Assembly (NCBI GenBank): GCA_027341315.1
Contig: DAIENA010000015.1
Location: forward strand, 1-6,643
DNA: 6,643 bases
Source: an archaeon
GTDB lineage: Archaea; Nanobdellota; Nanobdellia; Pacearchaeales; GW2011-AR1
Direction of reading: 5' to 3'
Translations under genes and position numbers: made by a program
The notes under the pieces: generated by a model
What the model was told of the DNA's origin: nothing
Seen by the model: the letters and a program-made list of their open reading frames with translations, nothing else
Database searches by the model: none
Part shown: positions 1 through 5,170 of the stretch, in pieces
How positions within the stretch are numbered: the first letter of the stretch is position 1
How the letters are laid out: every line of letters begins with the position of its first letter

Positions 1-1
1 C

Positions 2-121
2 AAAGCCCCACAATTAGCTTTAGATGTTTTCGTAAAAGGAAAAACTTGGGAACAGGCGTTTGCTGAAGACTGGAGAAAAAAGAAAGCCTGGAAGCCAGGC
101 TGGGAATATTTTTTAAAATAA
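2..121 (+). CDS. C-terminal fragment of an unidentified protein; the 5' end lies outside the window
   Basis: Frame 2 is open from the window edge for 39 codons (KAPQLALDVFVKGKTWEQAFAEDWRKKKAWKPGWEYFLK) and ends at TAA 119..121. A stop-free run of this length is unusual in AT-rich DNA. G+C here is about 45%, like the neighbouring ybjQ. No family recognised. It is absent from the ORF track because it has no Met. Confidence 0.35.
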   Translation, partial: KAPQLALDVFVKGKTWEQAFAEDWRKKKAWKPGWEYFLK

Positions 122-129
122 AAATAATT
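111..129 (-). terminator. Oligo-T tract immediately downstream of ybjQ (putative archaeal-type terminator)
   Basis: The minus strand directly after the ybjQ stop (TGA, 130..132) reads AATTATTTTTATTTTAAAA, with T5 and T4 runs within 16 nt. Archaeal termination typically uses oligo-T tracts. The tract overlaps the last codons of the convergent plus-strand fragment. Confidence 0.3.
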
Positions 130-453
130 TCATCCCAACTTTACAGCCGTCCCGAACGCGAGCATTTCGGACGCCCCGGCCATAACAGTCGACGTCATAA
201 ATCTCATTCCGACAACAGCGTCGGCGCCCATCTCTATCGCCTCATTAACCATTCGGTTGTAGGCCTCATCCCTTGATTGAGTTGCCATCTCTGTATAAGT
301 TTTTATTTCCCCGCCTATAATATTTTTCAATCCGGCGGCGATGTCACGTCCGATGTTTCTTGCCCTGACGGTGTTTCCCCGCGCGACGCCGAGAATTTTC
401 ACGACTTTCTTTCCGGGAATTTCGTTCGTCGTCGATACGATTATTTCTTTCAT
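130..453 (-). CDS. ybjQ: YbjQ/UPF0145 (DUF74) family protein, annotated elsewhere as a putative heavy-metal-binding domain
   Basis: The 107-aa protein aligns by eye along its length with E. coli YbjQ: IPGKKVVKILGVARG, IGRDIAAGLKNIIGGE, GADAVVGMRF and AFGTAVKL motifs. GGGGG SD (complement of 463..467) lies 9 nt upstream of the ATG. The ATG (451..453) overlaps the upstream gene's TGA (450..452). Confidence 0.85.
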   Translation of the reverse strand: MKEIIVSTTNEIPGKKVVKILGVARGNTVRARNIGRDIAAGLKNIIGGEIKTYTEMATQSRDEAYNRMVNEAIEMGADAVVGMRFMTSTVMAGASEMLAFGTAVKLG

Positions 454-641
454 TTGTTTTTACCCCCTTTATAATTTATTTTTTCAATTTTGTCTTCTCC
501 TTTATTGAAAATTATAAGCAGTCCTATAACAAAAATCGGGACGCCGTAAATTAAAACAAAAAGTGAAGTATATAACGAAACAATTATCAAAATTGCCCCC
601 AAGATTGTTACAAAAATTCCGTAAATTTCTCTGCTGTTCAT
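450..641 (-). CDS. Small integral membrane protein with two predicted TM helices and a charged C-terminal tail
   Basis: 63 aa. Two hydrophobic stretches (IYGIFVTILGAILIIVSLYTSLF and VLIYGVPIFVIGLLIIF) are followed by NKGEDKIEKINYKGGKNK. ATGA overlap with ybjQ. A TATA-like TTTAATAA/ATAAATTT box lies about 25-35 nt upstream on the minus strand and there is no SD, which suggests a leaderless start. Confidence 0.6.
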   Translation of the reverse strand: MNSREIYGIFVTILGAILIIVSLYTSLFVLIYGVPIFVIGLLIIFNKGEDKIEKINYKGGKNK

Positions 642-755
642 AAATAAAACAAGTCAAAGAGATTATTAAATTTATCGTAACGTCCGTCGAACGTCAGTAT
701 TCGGAAAATTATTTTAATCGTCGTCGCGGTTTTAATTTATTTTCTGACAAGATAG

Positions 756-1511
756 TTACCTTTTTGCGATTTTCCAAAGCCCCCCAAAGTAATTAAGAAA
801 ACCTGTAACAACTTCTTCATTTTTTATAACAAAGATAGACGGTTTAGAACCTAACACCCCTATTGAGACACAGTTAGAATAAATTTCTATCCAAGTTGGA
901 GATAGAAATGATGAGGTGATGAACTTAACTTCTGAGTGTTTCAAACTAGCTCTTTTTTCTCCCGCTTCTTTTAGTTTTTCATTTAGTATTGCTTTTAATA
1001 CAATTCCTTTTTTTGATCTTCTTTTATGAAAATCATCAAAATAAGCCTCAAGTTTATTTTCTCCAAAAAAAGAGGAAAGAATCAGATAGAATGTATCCCC
1101 TTTATTTAAAATTTCAAGAGCATGTTCTCTTGCAGTCTTGATCCCTTTTATCCCTTCGTAAATTTTATATTCAGAATCAATAAAAGAAGATTCATAAATA
1201 TCTTTCAAATCATTAATTACCTTCTTTGCTTCCTCTTTTTTTTTATTAATTTTATTTTTTTCTTCTTCTAAAAATTCATTAATCTTGGTTGGGTTCTCAG
1301 CATTCCATTGTTTTTTATTTTTAACAAGAGTGTAAGAAACAAGACCCTTTTTGAGTAGCCTTTCTAAGCTTTCATAAACTTTAGAAGTATTTATCCCGAT
1401 TTCTTTTATTATCTTCGACGTCGTCGTAGTCCCAATTTTTAACAAAGCCAAATAAACTTTTATTTCGTTTTTGGTTAAACCAATCTCTTCTAAAAATGAT
1501 TCATTTATCAT
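756..1511 (-). CDS. trmB: TrmB-family transcriptional regulator (N-terminal winged helix plus TrmB-type C-terminal domain)
   Basis: 251 aa. The N-terminus LEEIGLTKNEIKVYLALLKIGTTTTSKIIKEIGINTSKVYESLERLLKKGLVSY...NP matches the canonical TrmB HTH pattern. A coiled/charged linker and a C-terminal domain of about 130 aa follow. No SD. TATA-like ATTTAAAT lies about 25 nt upstream. Confidence 0.85.
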   Translation of the reverse strand: MINESFLEEIGLTKNEIKVYLALLKIGTTTTSKIIKEIGINTSKVYESLERLLKKGLVSYTLVKNKKQWNAENPTKINEFLEEEKNKINKKKEEAKKVINDLKDIYESSFIDSEYKIYEGIKGIKTAREHALEILNKGDTFYLILSSFFGENKLEAYFDDFHKRRSKKGIVLKAILNEKLKEAGEKRASLKHSEVKFITSSFLSPTWIEIYSNCVSIGVLGSKPSIFVIKNEEVVTGFLNYFGGLWKIAKR

Positions 1512-1532
1512 GTTTCATATTAAGGAAAGACC

Positions 1533-1540
1533 ATTTAAAT
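1533..1540 (-). promoter_or_regulatory. TATA-box-like element for trmB (probably a leaderless transcript)
   Basis: ATTTAAAT is centred about 25 nt upstream of the trmB ATG (1509..1511). No SD motif lies between them. Confidence 0.4.
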
Positions 1541-1541
1541 T

Positions 1542-1562
1542 CTTTTCCCTTAAAGGGAAAAG
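1542..1562. promoter_or_regulatory. Perfect 21-bp palindrome (10-bp arms, 1-nt centre); candidate operator in the divergent trmB / small-ORF promoter region
   Basis: CTTTTCCCTT-A-AAGGGAAAAG was verified base by base. It lies between the trmB TATA (1533..1540) and an oppositely oriented TATA-like TTTATTCATAAAT (1564..1576). Confidence 0.45.
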
Positions 1563-1645
1563 GTTTATTCATAAATCTTAAGTTTCTTAAAAAGTCATGG
1601 AAACACAAGAGTTTCAAAATATAATAAGAAGGGAGGAAAAACAAA

Positions 1646-1948
1646 ATGAAAAAATTACCTAGCGTCGCATATAAAACCTTGTTAGGAATGACCCTCTTTT
1701 TAGGAGGATCCTTTGTGGGAGCAAATATCAATGGGTATTACAATGCTAAGAACGAGATTAAGTACTCAATTGAGGAGAGTCCTCTTTATCAGAAAATAAG
1801 TGAGTCATTTCTTGGGGAAACTTTCTCAAAAAGAAGATTAGAAAAATCGAGAAAAGAAGGATTTGGCATTTTTGCCATTGGAGAAAAATTAGCTTTCGAA
1901 GAATATATTCAATGGTGTAAGGAGTGTGAAAATGTGGGAGTTATTTAA
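1646..1948 (+). CDS. Small exported or membrane-anchored protein with a C-terminal WCxxC motif (unknown family)
   Basis: 100 aa. GGGAGG SD at 1631..1636 lies 9 nt before the ATG. The N-terminus has a positive region then a hydrophobic segment (MKKLPSVAYKTLLGMTLFLGGSFVGANI). The only two Cys form WCKEC near the C-terminus. No family recognised. Confidence 0.55.
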   Translation: MKKLPSVAYKTLLGMTLFLGGSFVGANINGYYNAKNEIKYSIEESPLYQKISESFLGETFSKRRLEKSRKEGFGIFAIGEKLAFEEYIQWCKECENVGVI

Positions 1949-1950
1949 CT

Positions 1951-2295
1951 TTACCACTCGCTTAATTTTCTTTTAAAAGTTCCGGTCCAATTCTCAAGCG
2001 TTTCTGTTACGATTTTTCGGATATTTTCTTTGTCCTTAATTCGATATAAAAAAACGTACCCGCCGACGGACTGATTAACCTGCGAACGCGAGACGAGATT
2101 TTTTTCGTGAAGCTTTTTTATTGATCTCTGAATCGTTGATTTATCAAGTTTCAGTTTTTTCGAAAGCTCTTCAGTTTTGAATTTTTCTTCATGTTCGGAC
2201 AAAAATTTCAAAAGATTAAACTCAGACTTGCTAAGTCCAAGGACGCATTTTATTACTTCATCCAAATCAAACTTTTTGCATGCAAAGTCTATCAT
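1951..2295 (-). CDS. Small winged-helix (MarR/TrmB/ArsR-like) DNA-binding protein
   Basis: 114 aa. The pattern LSKSEFNLLKFL...FKTEELSKKLKLDKSTIQRSIKKLHEKNLVSRSQV..GGYVFLYRI is typical of an HTH followed by a beta-wing. The only two Cys are Cys6 and Cys17. The ATG (2293..2295) overlaps the thioredoxin TGA (2292..2294). Confidence 0.75.
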   Translation of the reverse strand: MIDFACKKFDLDEVIKCVLGLSKSEFNLLKFLSEHEEKFKTEELSKKLKLDKSTIQRSIKKLHEKNLVSRSQVNQSVGGYVFLYRIKDKENIRKIVTETLENWTGTFKRKLSEW

Positions 2296-2624
2296 TTAAT
2301 TTTTTTTAATATTTCATTAATTTTGTTTTTTAGTTGGTCCTCGCCCATGTACCCGACGATTCTTCCGACTTCTCTTTTGTCGTTGACAACAACGAGCGCC
2401 GGAATTCCCTGTATTCCAAATTGTATAGCCAAGATTTCTTCGTCCTCGGTGTTGAGCCTCATAAAATTAAGTTTTCCGGTGAAATCTTTGCTAAGTTTTT
2501 CAAAAACCGGTTTCATCATTTGACAAGGTCCGCACCAGTCCGCATAAAAATCAATGATAACAGGAACTTTAGAGTTAACAACTTCTTTTTCAAAATTACT
2601 TCTTGTTAATGTTTCTACTGTCAT
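2292..2624 (-). CDS. trxA: Thioredoxin
   Basis: 110 aa with the canonical WCGPC active site (FYADWCGPCQMMKPVFEKL) and the cis-Pro region GIQGIPALVV. GGAG SD (complement of 2633..2636) lies 8 nt upstream of the ATG. Confidence 0.92.
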   Translation of the reverse strand: MTVETLTRSNFEKEVVNSKVPVIIDFYADWCGPCQMMKPVFEKLSKDFTGKLNFMRLNTEDEEILAIQFGIQGIPALVVVNDKREVGRIVGYMGEDQLKNKINEILKKIK

Positions 2625-2645
2625 TTTTATAACTCCAATTTAATT

Positions 2646-2674
2646 ACTGCAATAAAACAGCAGTTCTTTATAAA
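2646..2674 (-). promoter_or_regulatory. Putative trxA promoter: palindromic TATA box TTTATAAA (2667..2674) plus a short inverted repeat ACTGC-N9-GCAGT (2646..2664) between TATA and the expected transcription start site (TSS)
   Basis: The TATA is centred about 46 nt upstream of the trxA ATG, which would give a leader of about 20 nt containing the SD. The 5-bp-arm inverted repeat occupies the position typical of archaeal repressors. The ACTGCAA half-site recurs at 2686..2692. Confidence 0.3.
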
Positions 2675-2686
2675 TAATGTGGATGA

Positions 2687-2713
2687 CTGCAAAAAAATAA
2701 TTTAATTTTGCAG
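2687..2713 (-). terminator. Hairpin with embedded T7 run downstream of the 143-aa gene (putative terminator; may also be an upstream operator for trxA)
   Basis: The arms CTGCAAAA (2687..2694) and TTTTGCAG (2706..2713) are perfect 8-bp complements around an 11-nt loop. On the minus strand the element contains TTTTTTT and begins 9 nt after the stop at 2722. Confidence 0.3.
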
Positions 2714-2721
2714 AACTCTTT

Positions 2722-3153
2722 TTATAATAAATAAGATTCTTCTCTTATTTTTTGAAGATATTCTTTTGTTTCTCTTGGAAGAGATTTTTTAACTTTCCCT
2801 CCAAATTGTCCAACAAAATCCCGAGCTTCTTCATAAGATTTGAATATCTTAATTAATTTACCCCCAGAATTTTTAGTTGGTTTGTTTATTTCAAAAACAT
2901 TATAGATAAAGTTTTCTTCTAAAGTTACATTGTAATCATAAAGTCCAAACCACCACCTTGCGACTGCTTCTTCTGATATATCAAAATTGTTATACCCATT
3001 ATCTTTATTTAATTCGTCGATTCGATTTACAAAAGATTGGACAAGGCTTGACAAATAAAATCCTTCAATATTAGTCAACTCTTCAACGCCATAAGTTGAA
3101 TGCAAATCTTTTTTGGCAAAACTAAACTCATATTTATACAATTCTTCATCCAT
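2722..3153 (-). CDS. Hypothetical cytoplasmic protein, no recognisable family (ORFan-like)
   Basis: 143-aa ORF with no TM segment and no motif I recognise. Aromatic-rich core (ARWWFGLYDYNV) and basic C-terminus. TATA-like TATTTAAAT (3175..3183) lies about 25 nt upstream of the ATG with no SD. The only competing ORF is a low-complexity antisense one. Confidence 0.65.
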   Translation of the reverse strand: MDEELYKYEFSFAKKDLHSTYGVEELTNIEGFYLSSLVQSFVNRIDELNKDNGYNNFDISEEAVARWWFGLYDYNVTLEENFIYNVFEINKPTKNSGGKLIKIFKSYEEARDFVGQFGGKVKKSLPRETKEYLQKIREESYLL

Positions 3154-3217
3154 GAACCAAAGATTTTATCAAAACTATTTAAATCTTTTCGTCTGTTACT
3201 TTTTAAAAATTACAACA

Positions 3218-3775
3218 TTATTTATCCATGCTTTCAGCAACGTTGTCTTCTAAAAAAATTTGTGCAATTCTCTTTGGTAAATTCGAAAATTCTCCCACGG
3301 AAAAAGGACCGAATTTTTCTCCTTCCGGCGATTTGAACTCGTTAACTTCCTCTAAAAATACGACGAGCATGTTTTCTTTTTCCTCATCTTCCTTTCCGCC
3401 GTTTAAAATATTATTTACTTTCTTATCAGCCTCTTCTATAGATTTGATAAACTCATCAAAAAGTTCTTTTTCAATCAGGAGCATGTTTGAAAAGTCCTGC
3501 TTTGAAATTCCGGTTTCGCTTGCAATTAGCGCAAGAGTCAGAATTTTTTTTCTTCTTCTCCTAAGGAGTTCCTGAAAAAGCGTGACTGCATTTTCAAGTT
3601 GTTTTTTTGTTTTAAGAATAACATCGGAAAAAACGTCCCCCTCTTTTGAGGCTGCGGTTTTTTTCTCCTCGATATATTTTGAAACTTCTTTTACAAAGTT
3701 TTTTTGAATGGGCTGGAGTTTTTCAGAATATCTCTCTTTTTTTGCCGCCTCATAAATATCTTTGTAGGTAATCAT
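3218..3775 (-). CDS. Probable DNA replication GINS complex subunit (Gins51/Gins15-like); functional call is tentative
   Basis: 185 aa. The N-terminus YKDIYEAAKKERYSEKLQPIQKNFVKEVSKYIEE resembles the archaeal Gins51 A-domain start (E-R-x-S-x-x-L-Q-x-L-x-x-x-F-Y). The C-terminus VVFLEEVNEFKSPEGEKFGPFSVGEFSNLPKRIAQIFLEDNVAE resembles the B-domain pattern (V..L.D.P.F.G.DG..YGP...GDV..LP...A..L...G.AE). Recognised from memory, not searched. Confidence 0.55.
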   Translation of the reverse strand: MITYKDIYEAAKKERYSEKLQPIQKNFVKEVSKYIEEKKTAASKEGDVFSDVILKTKKQLENAVTLFQELLRRRRKKILTLALIASETGISKQDFSNMLLIEKELFDEFIKSIEEADKKVNNILNGGKEDEEKENMLVVFLEEVNEFKSPEGEKFGPFSVGEFSNLPKRIAQIFLEDNVAESMDK

Positions 3776-3876
3776 CCCTCTAAAAATTCTTCTTTCTTTT
3801 TAATTATTGTTGTTCCACTAGAGAATAAAAACATTTTTCTTTTTTGTTTCAAAATAAATCTTTATCGTCGGAGAAA

Positions 3877-4542
3877 TTAATCATGTAAAGTGTACTCAAA
3901 AATTTTGTCATATGGAATCGTCCATTTCGTCGCTTCGTCCCGGGTCGCGTTTTCCATTATTTTTCTAAAAAGGCGTATCGAATTTCCGTGCGCCGAAATC
4001 GCAACGTTAACTTTGTTTTTAATCATGTAATTTTTGAGCCATTTTATAAACGAACCGACACGTTTTTCGACGTCGGCAAACGACTCGCCTTTCGGAACTT
4101 TTACATTATATCCTCTGTGAATTGCCTCATACTCTTTTTCTCCAAAAAATTTTTCAACTTTTTTTCTAAGTTTGGGGTTTAAATTTTCTATTGCATCCCC
4201 ATGAATTTCCAAAGAATATTCCTTTCTTCCTATTTTTTTTATAAAATCTTTGTGTGTTGTTCCTTCAAAAATTCCATAACTTCTTTCAATCATCCGGTCG
4301 TCGACGAGGATTTTTTTACATTCAGGATGAAATTTTAAAACCGGCTTCAAAGTTTCATTTGAACGCGAAAGCGATGTTCGAAAAGCGACTTGAAATTTTT
4401 TATTTTTTAATTTTTTGGCAATCGTTTTTGCTTGTTCTTTTCCTTTGGGGGTTAATCGGGCGTCCATCCATCCAGTAAATTTACCGTCGCGGTTAAACGT
4501 CGATTGTCCGTGCCTGAAAAGGTAAATTTTTAAGTTTGTCAT
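3877..4542 (-). CDS. gpmA: Histidine-phosphatase superfamily protein, cofactor-dependent phosphoglycerate mutase (dPGM)-like
   Basis: 221 aa with LFRHGQS (Arg10-His11), the dPGM-typical KFTGWMDARLTPKG, ERSYG (Glu86) and SAHGNSIR (His185). The ATG (4540..4542) is 1 nt from the tpiA stop. Confidence 0.8.
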   Translation of the reverse strand: MTNLKIYLFRHGQSTFNRDGKFTGWMDARLTPKGKEQAKTIAKKLKNKKFQVAFRTSLSRSNETLKPVLKFHPECKKILVDDRMIERSYGIFEGTTHKDFIKKIGRKEYSLEIHGDAIENLNPKLRKKVEKFFGEKEYEAIHRGYNVKVPKGESFADVEKRVGSFIKWLKNYMIKNKVNVAISAHGNSIRLFRKIMENATRDEATKWTIPYDKIFEYTLHD

Positions 4543-4543
4543 T

Positions 4544-5170
4544 TTATTTAAAAATTTCCTCTAATTTTTTTTCGGGATTTTTAGCAAGAACAACGGACGA
4601 CGAAACGGCGAATCCGGAAGCGCCAAGTTTTAGAGCGGCGTCGACGTCTCTTTTATTGTGAACTCCGGCTCCGACGAGAAAATTCCTTTTTAGAGAATTG
4701 GACATTTTTTTTATAATCTCAGGTTTTGCCGAAGAAACAGAAACTTTTCCTGCCACTAATTCCGGAGGTTCATAAATCAAAAAGTCGGGGCGAAGTTTTG
4801 AAATTTTTTTCGCTTCATGCAAGCTGGATGCAAAAACTGCAGTTTTTAATTTAACTTTTTTGCATATTAAAACGCTTTTTTTTAAAATTTTAAAATTCAG
4901 TTTATGTTCAGAATGGTTAAGGAAAGTTCCGACGGCGCCGTCTTTTTTTATTTCTTCGGGCAAAATAAAACCGGTGTTTCTTCCTGGCGAAAATGCGTCG
5001 ACGTGCTCGGCGTAGACTTTTAATTTTGTTTTTGACGAAACTTCTTTTATATTTGTTGCAGGAACGCCGACAATTGTGTTTCTATCAAATTTCTCAATAT
5101 ATTTTGCAAGTTTTAAAACGTCTTTTCCTGATTTGTAAGTTTTAAAATTAATTATTATTATGGGTTTCAT
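4544..5170 (-). CDS. tpiA: Triosephosphate isomerase, short archaeal type
   Basis: PIIIINFKTY (catalytic Lys), GTFLNHSEH (catalytic His), YEPPELVAG (catalytic Glu) and LVGAGV align by eye with Pyrococcus TIM. I place the start at ATG 5168..5170 (MKPIII..., 208 aa) rather than the track's 5194. GGAGAGG SD (complement of 5181..5187) lies 10 nt upstream, and that ATG shares 1 nt with the ldhA stop (TAATG). Confidence 0.9.
   Translation of the reverse strand: MKPIIIINFKTYKSGKDVLKLAKYIEKFDRNTIVGVPATNIKEVSSKTKLKVYAEHVDAFSPGRNTGFILPEEIKKDGAVGTFLNHSEHKLNFKILKKSVLICKKVKLKTAVFASSLHEAKKISKLRPDFLIYEPPELVAGKVSVSSAKPEIIKKMSNSLKRNFLVGAGVHNKRDVDAALKLGASGFAVSSSVVLAKNPEKKLEEIFK

Noticed and set aside
277-474. 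65-aa plus-strand ORF antisense to ybjQ
   Set aside because: It lies almost entirely inside the well-supported ybjQ gene on the opposite strand. No motif and no SD. Typical antisense shadow ORF.
1597-1662. 21-codon plus-strand uORF (METQEFQNIIRREEKQNEKIT) overlapping the start of the small exported-protein gene
   Set aside because: It is out of frame with no coupling junction and no SD of its own. It contains the downstream gene's SD, so it is most likely a chance ORF in a 5' leader.
1501-1731. 76-aa minus-strand ORF spanning the trmB/small-ORF divergent promoter
   Set aside because: It would run through both TATA-like boxes, the 21-bp palindrome and the start of the SD-preceded plus-strand gene. 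The composition is low-complexity and hydrophobic. The region is better explained as regulatory DNA.
2191-2609. Two plus-strand ORFs (110 aa and 91 aa) antisense to the wHTH and thioredoxin genes
   Set aside because: Both are fully shadowed by genes with unambiguous motifs (WCGPC thioredoxin, HTH). The sequences are Ser/Leu/Phe-rich, as expected from reading AT-rich codons backwards.
2678-2690. GGATGA followed by CTGC, which looks superficially like C/D-box sRNA elements
   Set aside because: The C box (RUGAUGA) is imperfect. No CUGA D box or C'/D' pair occurs at suitable spacing, and no terminal stem is present. The region is better explained as promoter and terminator.
2722-3153. Idea that the 143-aa protein is the Gins23 partner of the adjacent Gins51-like gene
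   Set aside because: It lacks the N-terminal beta-rich B-domain pattern (V..L.D.P.I.G.D...Y.L..GDV..LP) expected of Gins23. It also has its own promoter-like signals. Nothing supports the idea beyond adjacency.
3100-3575. Plus-strand ORFs of 78 aa and 115 aa antisense to the 143-aa and Gins51-like genes
   Set aside because: They are low-complexity (poly-Ser, Phe/Leu-rich) mirror-frame products of Lys/Glu-rich genes. They have no start context.
3988-4478. Plus-strand ORFs of 64 aa and 74 aa antisense to gpmA
   Set aside because: They are shadow ORFs inside a gene with clear catalytic motifs and have no independent support.
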